64,000 nucleotides of DNA from Tubiluchus corallicola (GCA_030141605.1 JAQGDQ010000194.1:62001-126000); one strand, 5' to 3'. Shown: positions 1-14,700, counted from the stretch's first letter. Translations and numbers: made by a program. The notes: a model not told the origin generated them from the letters alone.

Positions 1-2585
1 TAAACTTCGACAATGGCCATAAGAATTTTTCCGGCAATACTGTAAATGCACTTGTATTTTCGAACCTTGCACCTTGCAAGCCATAATCGAGTGCTTACTG
101 GAAAAATGCGAATTTTCATTGCAAGCTAAGGTGAGACATTGAAGCAGCAGAGCCATCATATAATATTCGGTTGTTATTTAATGCCCTGCCTCAGTGAAGA
201 GCCAGAGCCTGTACGGCAAATTAAACTGCCCATAGCAAATACTAAACCGATAAGTTTACACAATGACCACTCGCCTTTACTGATCGCCACTGCATGCTTT
301 ATGTATGTATTTGTTTTTGTATAGTCTCTTAAAATAGTTTCTTTCAGCAGTCTGCCTCCCAAATCAATGTATGACCCTGAACAAACCAAAAAAATTCTCG
401 AAACAACATATTTGTGTTAATCGTTCAGTGTTTTTCTTCCAGTCTTCCACTACAGCTATGTAATTCCCTGTATACTGTATAATGCCATTTAATCGCATTT
501 AATAATCTTTGGGTAGAGTTTAATTCTCCCCCTATTTCTCAATTAGTACTTGCTTGTTTATTTTATTAAAATTTGCTATAACAAAATCTTACAGATTTTC
601 ATCGCGTTATTATTTATTAAGATTCTGCTTACGGGTGGTTGGCATATCATATCAAATTTCCACATAATAATAATTTTGTTAATTAAATTGTTTTTAGCAT
701 AGTTCATGAAAGTCGATGTCCATATCAAGCAAACTCTCTAAAACTGTTTACAATGTGCAATAAGTACATGGTATGAAAAGTATTTAGTTTAGCTAGTGCA
801 GAATTTAGGGGTGTGCTGATGTGTTTTTTCCAACAAACATGGATTTAAAACTTTTCAATTCTGCTAAAAATCAGTCTTTGGTAGTTTTTCAAAATGCAAT
901 ACAATGCAGTTCAGCCTGAGTGATAATACACAGCCTAGAAATGATCCAAGATGACTGCACCTAACTTTCTAAAATTTTAGCCTTCTTAAGTGATAAACAT
1001 CTGATCAAAAAAAAGCAAAAACATCACATAACAATTATAAAAAATATATATTTGCAGAATATACAATTTTATTACTCACTAAAACATCACAAAAATAAAA
1101 ATTTTGATAAAATAATTATTTTATTTACTACTTTGACGACAATAGCCCAATGGTTTGCATTGGCAAATACTGGCATACAATCATAAGCAATGGTAATAAG
1201 TAACAATGACCTACGCATAAAGCACATGCTATATAACAAAAAAATTATCATATTAAATTATTTTCGTAAGTACATCTAACAATTAGGATTGCATTAAATC
1301 ACAAAAACACCTGCGCAATAACAAGCTTAAATGCAGGCTAAATCCAAAAATAACACAAAACACCAAATCATTGGCAATCTCATATTATAGATATTTTGTA
1401 ACATAAACGTGTTATGTTAAAAGCGCTACATCTTTGTAAAATAGGTATAGTGAAATGTAGCATAATTAGTGATAATGCCCATTCATAAGCATTTGTGATC
1501 AGCCAACTAAGGGAATGTTATAACCTGTTGAGCTTTTCCTTTGCAAACCTCTAAACACATATAAAATTTTCGTTGAGAACAAATTAACAAAAATTGGTTT
1601 CCAGTCACACAATATCTCCAGAAAGCAAGCGATGATAATATAGTTAATGTCCACTGTCAGGAGTGCAAAATCTGTTGAAATGTGAGGTACACAAACTATA
1701 AAACTCATATCCCGCTTTAATATTTTGAATTACCGTAATGGGTATGTCATTACATGAAAGTTGACAGATATGTTTCAAGCAGTTTCTGAAACTTCAACAA
1801 GTGCCATTACAAGAAAGACAAAATATCATTATGTTTCGCTACTAGGCACAAAGTGAAGTATTCTTTAAACACAGGAGTATGTAAAATTAAGATGAAATCT
1901 GTTTCACCTGGAAAACTGTGCCATGAGAGTACTAAAATGTGCTTTGTTTGGTTTACAATGGAATATTTAGTCTGCTATTTGAATTTTGTTCAATAATAAA
2001 TTCAATATTTATTCCAAAATAACTTATTGTCAAAACAGCAAAAAATTATCACTAATATAAAGTATTTTTTTTAAATCACAGTACATTAAAACTGCAATGC
2101 AATATACTACATACTACACATGGTGCAAGTGAACATATAATTCTGTTCCAGGCAGGTAATCAGTTCATAATGTTAAATGCATAAACTTACCACAACAAAA
2201 ATTTTAGTTCATCTTTGTGTGTTAGATCAGCAAGCAAAGCAAGCACAAAATAAGTGCATTAAAAACAAATTTCACAACAAAAACAGCTGAAACAAATTAC
2301 AATCTTCATAATAAACAATAAGCTTCTATGGACATACCAGAATCCCATTTCCTGTTTGCGAAAAGTTGACTAGAGTAAATCACCTAATTACTAGCATGCA
2401 AGCAACAATTAAATAAATACTATCATGATAAAACTGTATGCACAAAGTAAGAACCCTGTTTTTTTGTTTACAAGGTTTTCACAGTGGGACTGCATTTTGG
2501 TTAATAGTGTTTTCTCTGAAAAATGTTTCAGTGGAGAAATAAATCTCCATTGTAATTTTACAAACTTTCTATAACACAGTCTACA

Positions 2586-2721
2586 TCAAAACCTGTTGTC
2601 TCTTTCCTTTGTCCCATCTTCCAACAAGTGTGCAGGCTTATATCGCATTTGACCCCTATAGTCTTCGTACTTCAAAGCAGGGTTTGGGTGTGTATTATGC
2701 ATGCTGCCAAGTGATGTATAC
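2586..2721 (-). CDS. FLAD1: FLAD1 last coding exon ([17 protein letters not shown]...[18 protein letters not shown])
   Basis: TTTGCAG acceptor; GYTSLG and terminal ERxxR motifs; TGA at 2586-2588. Confidence 0.95.
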
Positions 2722-5700
2722 CTGCAAAAAATAAAATTACTTAAATAACTGATATGATAATCATTGTAGCACTGAATATGGGCAATGTAACAAGCCTACA
2801 GGCAACAGCGATGTAGGCTAGCTTAACTACCTAGCCAATAACCAATGATGTTCATCCTTCGAATCGAAGATGACCATAGTGACAGGGATAAAACGTCAGT
2901 TTGGGGGGTTGTCATTCCTTTGATGAGCTCGAAGGTGACTGACTAGGCCAATTCTGGCCTGGAAACTTCTTTGGCATTTGGCACAGGTGAGGCTGGGTGT
3001 TTGGACCTGTTGTTGGGCAGTGTCACATGCCTTGCGTCTCCTGCGCTTCTCCTCTGCCTCCTCAATTCTTTTCGCCTCTGCTGTCTTAGCCCCTGAGGTG
3101 ATGCCACCCCGCCATGCTGAGTGATCTTGTACAAGGGTTTCCATTGAGCGGATATCCATGCTGATCTCCTTGAGTGAGGCCTTCAGGCTATCTTTGAAGC
3201 GTTTCTTTGGTATGCGGTTGTCTGGCATGCGAATCACATGTCCTGCCCACCGAACTTGTGTTTTGAGGAGGAGTGTATGGATGCTGGGGAGGTCAGCTCT
3301 TTTAAGTACTTCTGTGTCTGGCACCGTGTCCTGCCAGTTGATGTGCAGGATTTTCCTCAGACAACCCATGTGAAAGTGGTTAAGCTGTTTTACGTGTCTC
3401 CTATATAATGTCCAGGATTCACAGGCATAGATGAGAGTGGTGATGACGACAACTCTATACACCTTAAATTTTGTGGTGGTTCTGATGCCTCTCCGTCCCA
3501 TACGTTGGAGCGGAGTCTTCCAAATGAAGTGCTAGCCTTGGCAATTCTGTTGTTGATTTCTGTATCGATGTTGGCAGCTGTGGTAAGGGTGCTCCTTAGG
3601 TATGTGAAGTTGTCAACAGAGATAAGTTCTTGACCATTCACTAAAATCTTTGGCTGAACCTGTGGGGCGTCTGGGGCTGGTTGGTACATAACTTCAGTTT
3701 TCTTTGTAGAGATTGTTAGGCCGTAGTTCTTGCAGGCCGATGCGAAGTGGTCCATCTCTCTTTGCATTTGTTCTTGCGAGGTGGCACTGAGAGCGCAGTC
3801 ATCAGCAAAGAGAAAGTCTTTGCTGTGGTTACATAAGTCTTGGTGGTAGCTTGCAAGCACCTGGAGTTGAAGAGGCTGCCATCTGTTCTGTATTTTATCT
3901 TAATGCCATCCTGTGTGTATTCAAAAGCATCATGTAACATGGCAGAGAACATCATGCTGAAGAGTGCTGGAGCGAGTACACAGCCCTGTTTTACACTTCA
4001 AAGGCTTCAGACATGTCTCCGTCATCTAGGATTCTGACCATCATGCCTTATGAAACTGCCGCACAATATCAATAAACTTATTTGGGCATCCATATTTTTC
4101 CATGATCTTCCAGAGGCCATTCCTACTGACAGTATTAAAAGCCTTGGTGAGGTCTCTGAATGTTGTGAAGAGGCTGACGTTCTGTTCTTGGCACTTCTCT
4201 TGAAGTTGTCTTGCAGTAAAGATCATATCCACCGTTCCTCTGCCTGCTCTAAAGCCACACTGGCTCTCTAGGAGGAGGTCTTTCTCCAGGTGCAACAACA
4301 GTCGATTTAGTAGGACACGTGCCAGGAATAACCAATAATTTGTAGTTAATAAACCTACCAGTTATTTAACCAATAATTCTGTGGTTAATAAATTTCAGTA
4401 TAAAAATAAAAAGGAAACAACTTCACAACTATTTTCATCAGAAGTAAATTAACATGAAAAAAGAGTAAGTAGAAAGTAAGTACTGTAAGATAGAGATCTA
4501 CTGAAATGTTGCTTGTTTTTTGACTTTTTGCAATTGAAATACATTAATTTTCTTATTTCGATGAATAAGAATTTGTACTATATTTGCTGGCAGCGTTTAG
4601 GTTACAGTTTTTACTAAACAAATAATGAACAATGAATGAAATTTGAAGTGCTTTGTTACTGTACACAATTATAAATAAAGATGTGCTACGTTCACAATTT
4701 TTTTAATCACTGATTTAAGGACAGACAAATTTAAGACGGACAAAGTGAATCACATAAAACTGACTCAGGTAACACCGTATTCACATTTCACAGTTATGTG
4801 AGCAAGTGTTTTACAGCAAAGATCAAATACAAACCCTTTATCATACAAGCTGCAATACGGCAGGCACAGGGAACGCAAAAACTGCCAGATATCGTGGTAT
4901 GACCAGTCTAGTATTGGCATAACTCTCATAAACTCTGGCCAACCTGGATCGGTCATTGCAAAAAATCCATTAGTTGCTGAAACATAGAAGTGCAACAAAG
5001 TGTGCTTTTAGAAAAGTTCTTTCAGTTCTTTTAAAAAAGTGTTGAACTGCTGCACTATGATACCAAGAAGACAGAGAAGAATTAGACAAATGAACAAATA
5101 TTTTACAGTATTATCATTTCTCAGACTTTACAATTTTTTCATTGCCACACAGCAAGCATATTACATCAGAAATTTGTATTAACAATTTACACAGAAAAAT
5201 TGCCTAATTTCATTAAGTACAAAGCCAGTTAACTGCCTAATAGAGCCCAGACTGTTAAACGTTCCATTCACGAATGTTACTTCAAAAGGTTATTTAACTA
5301 ATGCTAACTAAAAACTTAATATACTATAACATGAAGTACAAGGCTTGGTTTGTATTCACGATTTATAGTTAACATTTGAATAGTGTACCTGCTTTTGGGT
5401 CAGTCCTTCTTGTTCCCATTAGAACAGCTTTTAAATCTGGATGCTGAAGATTCAAAGTTTGCAATGCAGGTTTAATATCACCAGTTAGGCAAACCAGCTC
5501 AAAACCATATCTACAGGCAGATATTACAAGTATTAAAATAAACATTTAAATACCAGTCTAACTTGTTATTCCACCGACGAACACCAAACCCCACATTTAT
5601 TAAATTTCTATCAAAAACAAATGTGACTTTAGTAAAGGAAATGTGAACTATTCAGTTAAATTGGATTAAAAAAGTTAAAACTTTAGCTTTGTTTCTTCAT

Positions 5701-8700
5701 TAATTGATAATCTTCTATATGAGTAATTAATGTCCATCTATGTTGTACCAGAGGCACTTTGCAAGAATAATAATTAAAATTTCAAGCTTTACAGCTGCTA
5801 TTATTTTACTTATATTAATAATAGTGATAAACTAATTGTCAATGGAATTACTGTATTTCCAGTGTCCCAAGCACTTTTTGGAAGTGTGATTTACATACAT
5901 ATGATTACACATAGTTTTATTCCATTCAAAGTAAGTGGCCTGTCTTATAGCTTAGTTCTTTTTTATACAATTTAAGACACTTTAAAGCTACAATTCAGCA
6001 CTCATCGGCTGGCCCTCATACTGAAACATTGATTGATTATGGCAGGATCAAACCAAGCTCATTATTAATAATGATTCTTTGCTTCGACTTTTGAGTTTTT
6101 AGATTTCCAGCAGTTTTTATTGCTTGCCATACATTTTTTATTGAAAATACCTGTCAGCTGTGTCATGAATGAACTTTTCAACCTCTGGAAAAGGTAAACT
6201 GCAACGAACGTAACACACCTTCAATGGGAATGACTGGATGTTAGGAAAATGTCTGAAAGTTCAAATGAAAGTAAGAATGTAGAATACTAAATTAATAAGG
6301 TATGTATTATATATGTATTGCAACATGACAGTTACATACATCATCATTATCGTTAAATATATTAGCCTTAATAAGGTGCTAATTATTCAAAGTTTTATAT
6401 GTAAAAGTTATAAGTTTATGTAACTTGATAACATAAATTGTGAAACTGATTAACTTAACAGAACTGATGTTGTGTTTTTGGATTAATTTAAATTACTGGA
6501 TCTGAAAATTCTTAACATCAGATTATCTTGAAACACGAAAACTTTGCAAAATTTTTGTATTTTTACTTTTAAATAAACTAACAAACCCTTGCAAAAGCAT
6601 CCTGCAGAAAGTTAGAATTCTTTTGAATTTTATCGTCATATACAAGATATAAGCACTATTAGTTCTATCCTCAAATCATCTAAAATAAACTAGCACTCCC
6701 ATTCTCATCTCATTCAGGAAGGGGTTTTTAATGTCTTTATGAAACTGCTGCTATTTTTTTGGTGCAGTTGAAAATAGAGGAAAAAATAGTTTTATGGAAG
6801 CTGCCTCTTTATGCAAACTTTCATAAAACCCTGTCAGATCACCCTCAAAAAATGGTCCCTTTGAAAAATATTGAATTTTCTAGAAAAAAACAAACTATGC
6901 CCATTACATCCTACATAGAATGATTAGAGACGATATTTATCAAACATACATGTCACCTCATTTTGTCTACTAATTAAGATGCTAGATAAGGCCACCATAC
7001 ATCCACAATAAATAAACCTACATATCATTGTCAAAATTCTGGTTTAAAATGTTCACAGCTTTATATGACGACAGAATGAAAGAGCAGTTGAGATTCCTCA
7101 ATTATACATATTCATGTACTGTTATTTATGCTTGATTTTAAACCATTAATGGTGGCTAAACAGTAATCAAAATATCGTGCCCTAAATAAGGTGAGATTTG
7201 TTACCACATGACATGTTTTATTTTTATACGAAGACAGTATTGCCCTGTTGACATATCAATCTCAGTTTAGGTTGACTATTCACAAAATAGATAATAAAAA
7301 AATTCGTGCTCAACATGATGTTTACCAAGTGAAGACAATCGTTTCTGACACAAGTGTCACACTCAATTATAGAAATCAAGCGAAAAGAAATAATTAGTAC
7401 ATTTATGACATTGTAATAAATGTGATTATTTCTTTAGGATTGATTGCTAGCATTGAGAATACCATTTTTTGTTGAAATGATCATCTGTGCTTAGTAAGCA
7501 GAATGTTGCTTCTTAGAGGTTGGTTCTTTCATGTATAAAATTAGTACTGTTTACACAATGATAAAACACTTACTTCAGGATATAAGCATGTACGAGATGC
7601 AGCAAAGCTGTACAGTCTTTTCCACCATTGAAGCTAACACAAACTTCATTCAACCTTGATGGAAGAAATAATTAGGGCATAAATATTTAGTGGTACATTA
7701 ATTAAAAAATAAAATAAATTACTACAAATTTTTAGCAAGAGATTTAACTGTTTAACATATTACATACAAAATACTCACTCGTATTTGTGAAAACACTGGT
7801 CCAGAACATTGAGCGCATGTTGAGCATGATCGTGCACTTTGGTTAGTCTGTAGACTTTCTCAGCACTATTAATGTTTGGAATAGGATCGTAATCTATTAC
7901 CACATCTAAAAGTAGAAAACAGAATTTAGTTCCAATGACAATTATGTAAGAGGTGATATACCGTATATACTCGCATATAAGCCGAATTTAGAACTATAAA
8001 ATACAATACTGAAATCAGGGGGTCGACTTATATGCGCATGAAACAAAATGAACACAAGGACAGACACTAATGCCAATTTTCCAGCCACACATTTTCATCG
8101 CTATCTGACTCTTTATTTGGTTGTGTGTCACCAGTGGTGAATTGGAGGGGGATCGTGGGGGATCGCCGTCCACCCACTTTTTTTTTTAGAAAAAATTCAC
8201 ATTTCAATAACGGATCAATTTTGTTGATTGGGTATGGAGTAAAATTAGACAAGTTGATGGTCGGCTTATATACGGGTTTTTGCAAAAACTGGCCATTTTA
8301 AAGCAGTTTTAGGGGGTCGGCTTATATGCGATGTAGGCTTATATGCGAGTATATACGGTAATTATAATTTTTAGCAGATGGAATAACTGCCTTTTAGCAG
8401 GTTTAAAAACATGCTTGCAAACCACGTTATTGTATTCAATAGGAAATGTATGAGCAATCATTTCTAAATACATAAGTTTTCATAAGCCAACTAGTTTGTT
8501 TAAAATTTACACAAGACTAATTTTGCACGTAAGTGATGACTCTAGTTTATGTGCCTATTTGACCAAAATCTGCCATTCGAGTATAGGATGCATAGGGTGC
8601 ACAATTTATAGAAAGAAAGAACAGGTTCTAACTAGTCCTCCAATTTTTACATTTACTTCATTCTTTTTCACCTCCCATTCTTTTTTTGAAATATAGAAAT

Positions 8701-11700
8701 ATTTCGAGTCTCTAAATAGCATTATATCTGCAACTGCAATGGAGCCCTAAGATAACACAACAGTAGCTAAAACAATAATTAGTTCTTATCGGCTTCCCAT
8801 TTTGTTGTACGAGTGTGAAATTGGTAGCATTTAAACTGCAGACGTGAATGTAATAAGAGTAACTGTGCTTATAGAGAAAAATGTCTGACTTTAAACAAAA
8901 CAAAAGAATAAAACTGCTTATGTTCTACTGTAGCACGACCGCAAATTTTTTGATTGACAGTCATAAATTGGGCTTTTTAAGAAGAATTCAAGATTCCGAA
9001 TCACTTGTTATACCAAAAATGTCGTGTTTTATGAATGACTCAGACATTTATTTAAGGGTAAAGTATGCATGTACTTTCTGCTTTAATTTTAATGCAAAAC
9101 GAAACGTTAGAAAAGCATTCTGTGGCTGTGTATTTATTATACTAAAACTCAACTGTATATATAAAATCTAATACGAATAAAAGATTAAAAATTAATAACA
9201 ATATTCCAGAAATGTTAGTATGTTTTTGTAGTTAGCCTCAAAACAGTCTAAATAATACAGTTTTAAGGGGCACCAAACCCACTCCAACGTCAATGAGTCA
9301 ACTTTTGTTCAAAAACATTTATGAAATGCGATTTCTTAAAATTATGTTGGGTTTTCAGTAAAACTAACTCTTTATATTCAAACTCTTATTATTGAATAAA
9401 AGAATGTACCTGGCGGTATAAGTGAAGTCAAATAACCATGTGCCTCATTCAGCTCGACTTCACTTTCTGACTGCAGTGTGAGTTTTACTTGGTAATAACT
9501 AAAAAGAAACATAAAATCAGGTTCTATGTTAAGCATATACGGCAGATGTAAATGGAATATAGCAGGAAGCAGAGCTCAACTAACAATTTGTGGCTTGGAA
9601 TCCAATCAAAACATCTAAATGACCAAGACTGCAATATGCTTGCCAACTTATTGAAAAGAACATTACATAATATTAAATATGCCCATTACATAACTGATCT
9701 TGTCAACTTGTTAAAAGAATGTTACTGCAAAAAGCTTAAATATATGCATTAGACAATAAACTTAGAAGAAATCAAAGTTTTGAACCTAAGCCAAGTGCAG
9801 CTGGCCAACTAATTTGATTATTAAATTTATAAGTTATATCGATTAGGTTCTACTAGATGCTTGAGAGTATTACTCAGTTACTAAACACTTTTATTTATGC
9901 ATTATTTCCTTTCAAACAAAATTCACCAACTACACACGAAAAACAAAAAGCCGTGAAAAATATACAATGCACTTGTTCACAAATGTCCACAATTTTTAAA
10001 CACTAAAACAATAAAATATCTTACCTATTGTTTAATTTTGGATACGATCCGAGTATTATCTTTTTTTTGAATTTTCTGCTCAAATCTCCAATTCGTTCAG
10101 CTATACTCATCTCATCCAGCGTGACATAAACTTCCTTTACATGAAACTTGACCTCATCATTTCTAAACAAATGCTGTATTGCAACAAATAATGTTAAATG
10201 TAATAATTTGAAAAAAGAAAAAGCTCATTAACATGAATAGGACTGTCACATTTATTAAATCTCATAAAGGTATGCACGACACTAACTGCCTAGTGGAATA
10301 AAACTATTGCCTGATTACTCCTTATTAATACTGTTAGAACTTATACCTGTATGATCTAGCTTGAATCCCTCTAGATGATATAAATTAACTACTGATGTTA
10401 TACTGATTAGCTAAATTATTTGATTTGTTCTTTATGTAATATGTTCAACTTTTGTCAGTCTTGCATATAAATTCACCTTAGTTAAAACAGTTATTTGTAA
10501 CAATGTTTTAAATATTATTACTGTAGTCATAAATATTTGTAGTCATTGCATATTAAATATTATTGTAGTATCCAAATTATAGGATATAATTGGCATGAGT
10601 TGGAAATGAATTTGTATGTAAAATTCTGTCACATTTCCCTGCTATCCAAGTTGCATAAGGTGCAGTACGTGGTATGCAATAGGTTAAAGTTACGGAATTA
10701 TTTGTGCAAAAAATTTTTATAGTGAGCTCTCATTACTCCGGAATTGATCCAATAACTATTCCAACATCATCAACTATTACTCTGTAAAGGTTTACTTGAT
10801 GCGGTGAACTTGGCATTAAACAAGCAGTGTTTCAATGCATTACTTTATGAAAGTTTTATCACAGCTTTATAAAAGATGTAAAAAATAAAAGGATATATTT
10901 AAAAAGCTGCTGCAATTATTCTTGTCTAGACAAAAGAAAATTTTCATATCCTAACTTGCATGGGTCTGGTGGCTTCATAGGATTTCAGCTTTATATTTGG
11001 AAATAGTACCTGAGCTTACAGTAAAAATTAAGCTCGCTGGCTGCTGCTCAGTAAAAAACTTTATTTTGTTAATCTTCTACTTGCTAAGTACATACAAGAA
11101 AACCTGGAGATGATAAATATGTTCGAAAGTTGAGATTTCCAGACCGAAAACTAACATGCTGACAATAATTATTTATAATTGTCGCAAGATTTACACTTTC
11201 TTCTGCTAAATTAACAAAAAACCACGTGTACGTACATTGTAGAATGAACGACATTGACAAGTGAACGACTTCACAGGATTCAGATGCCAAAAGGGAATTA
11301 TACGAAGCTAGTTCAAGCTAGCAGCCTATCATGCGAAAACAGTTTCGTTGAAATATTGCTGGTACGTTTTACTAGGCTTAGTTTTAGTGCATGCTGGCAG
11401 TGCTTGTCGGTGAAAAATGACAATTAGAGAAACGAACGTCACAACCTAATTTATTTAAACAAATTAATTGGAAACGTGGCCTTATGCTAACTGTGATTAA
11501 GAAAGTTGAACTGCACTGCAAACTTTGCATCAGTGTTTGAGGCCTGTTCTGTTAGGCCTAATTCCCAACTAAGAATCATCACTTTGCAACCCACCGAGAA
11601 ATTTACTGGTATCCTGATGGACCAGTCCACCACTGATAGTAACACAATAAAACCCTTACAGTAACATGGTTGCCACCCTTATCAGCTGTACTTATTATCG

Positions 11701-14700
11701 GCAACATCAAAGCATATCATTATGCCAATAACAATACAGCAGCAGCTTCTTAACTTGGCATGAATAGTGCAAGGACGGAGTTGAAAATTAGTAGGATTCG
11801 AACAAAATCCATGCCAGATTGTTGCAAAATAACTTACATAACTAATGTTACACGAATTTATAAATGATACCTTTTTAATTCAAAAACTACATTGTCATTG
11901 AAAAAATAATCAATTTTTAGTTATCAGACAAAAATGTCTACAACAAAGAATAACATCATGTCCTGGTGCTGATATGCTATGGTAACACAGCAGTAGCAGT
12001 ATAGCAGTAGCTTCTTAACTTGGTATGGATAGTGCAAGGTTGGAGTTGAAAACAAGTAAAATTGAACAAAATTCATGTCAGATTGTTGCAAAATAACTTA
12101 CATTATTTAATGTCATGAGTTTACAAACGAAACTGCTTTCATTCAAAAACTACATTGTTATAGGAAAGACAATCCATTTTAGTCACCAAACAAAAAGGTC
12201 AACATAGATGAAAATGTGAGAAATCATTTGGGTTGATGCGTTTCTACATAGCTACAGTAGCTCACTGCTAAAAATAGTATAGCAACTAACGACCACATCA
12301 CCATTATATAACGCGTACAAAACAAAAGTCAAAAAGTGATACCTCTAGTTTTGAAAAGTTCCTTTCTAATAGTTTAGGAATTCCAGGAAAAATGTATACA
12401 TTTCGGACAGCTACAAGAGGAAAAGGTGTTGGATGACCAGTTACAGGGTCCCTGCCGTATTTTAACACTGCTGATGATGGGACCTGTAAAAATTTAAATC
12501 ACACACATTTATTGCACTTAATCACACAACCAACTGCAATGTTAGTCTCGATGGATTTGACTTACTGAAGGTTAGAACATCTTGTCAAGGGTACCAAATG
12601 CTAAAAATTGTTTGCAATACTAATTTTTCTGCATGTTTTTACAGTTATAGCAAACTTACAGTTTATTGCTTATAAGCACTCACTGCAATAATGAAATGCT
12701 GTGTATGGTGCTGCACAAAATAAAATGAATAACACATTAAAAAAATTACACTAAATATCACATGGTATACCAAGATTCTGCTTATAAAAGCATTTTTCAA
12801 CGCTTTTTATCTGTGAGATGTTTTCATCTAAACTACTATCTCACCCTATTCAAGCAGAACATCAATGGGTACCTTCTACTACTAGCAAATTAGTAATACA
12901 AATTCTATTTCTCTGGACATGTTATCCATATTCACTTCTTCACCTTTCTCTGTAGCCCCTTATCCTGAGTGACCGTTGGCCTTGTTTGAGACAACCTGTT
13001 CAAAACAATCTTTATTTTTGTACTCTAACAATATGCCACTTTTTACAGTAAGTTACACACACCTTCGCTAACTTCATCTGAGGAGAATCATCACTGATGT
13101 CACCGAAAAACTGCCGGACAAGAGAAACTAATTGCGGGTGAGGCTTCAGTTCTTCTCCAAAAGCTTTAGCTATTCCTAAAAACACATCAAGCTTTTTAAA
13201 ATATACAAGCTCATCAAAAGATATTTGTTAGCTTGTCAGACATGAGAAAAGAATAAAAAACAATTCATTAAGTGTCGGCCTAATGTCTTAAAGTGAATGG
13301 TATGTTTTGGGTAAAATATAAATTATTCAGAAGCAGGGGCGCATTAACCAATAGGCTAACTAGGCTATAGCCTATGGCGCAAAAGTTTGAGGCGTCACAT
13401 TTTAGAAAAAATTCTTATTCTCCTCGGAAAATGTGTATACTTTCCTAACAATGTAAAGGGCGCATTTTATAACACACCACAGGGTGCAAGATACTTACAC
13501 AACAAGCACTTGCGCAGCCTGCTTGAATATAAGCGCTATGCAAGTACATGTAATTAGTAATGATCATGTAGAAACCAAGTAAATTGTGTTTGTAATACAC
13601 CACAAGCAATTGTTTAATCAGTCCATTACTCAAACAACCACAAATTCATAATAGAAATGGGCGGGACAGAACTGTCAGCCCAGGGCGTCGAAAAGTGTGA
13701 TACGTCTCTGGTCAGAAATGAAGCACCTCTTCCTTTCAAATGCTATACTAACCATATTGGGTGACTAAAGAGTGAAAAATACGTCCTGGAAAATAACGAG
13801 CACAAACCAATATGTTTGACAACAGGTTAGTCAAACATTTAAATCTATGTGCGTACTGCATAAAAAATTCAAAACAAATATTTCAGCAGAAATGTTTCCA
13901 CTTTTTATTTGAGATCTGCTAAGATTTTCTGATACGAAAATTTAGTTATGACCTTCTGCCGTGATGTCATCATGTGTTGGTCCAATGCCTCCAGATGTCA
14001 GTACATGAGTATATTTTGATGAAAACTCTCTAACTTCTTCTGCAATAGTATCTATATCATCAGGTATAACAGATATCTAAAAAGCAGAAGATGTACCAAT
14101 TAATGTAAATTTATCACTAGTTCTTCCAAGATTCCTTCTATAACTATGACGTACGAGAAACTAAAGTGTTAAAATAAAAATTTTAATGAAAAATACCCGT
14201 TTCACTAGCACACCAAGTGAGAAGAGTCGTCTCGATAAAAAATTAGAATTAGTGTCCAGTGTTTGACCCTTTAGAATTTCATCCCCAATCACTGCAATGA
14301 AATAAGAACATTTTTTAAATTCCTTCTTTAACTTCTTATTTATGCAATCATGAGATTGTGTACTTTCTTTTAACAATAACACTTTTTTACTCAATATAGC
14401 TGATTTGGCTACAAGTATTATTATAAGAGGTCTTATAAATGTACACTCACATAGTTAATGCTTTTGCCTACCTATTTCAGTTTACCTACATAGAATTAGG
14501 CTTTTTACATTATACTGTTATTCAAACAATAAGATGAATACGTATGAACTGCATCATTGCATCCGCGTCAGCACTGTCATGGTCGAATTTGCCAGTGTTG
14601 AAGAATCGTGAAGACACAAAAAAAAACTGAGAGTAAAGTATGAACGTCATTCAAGTTTAATGCTACTGAGCTGGTCTTGATTTTCGTCAGTGGTGGACGT

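Noticed and set aside
2640-2665. Suspected frameshift in the last FLAD1 exon
   Set aside because: Recounting the C4 run shows the frame is intact ([10 protein letters not shown]).
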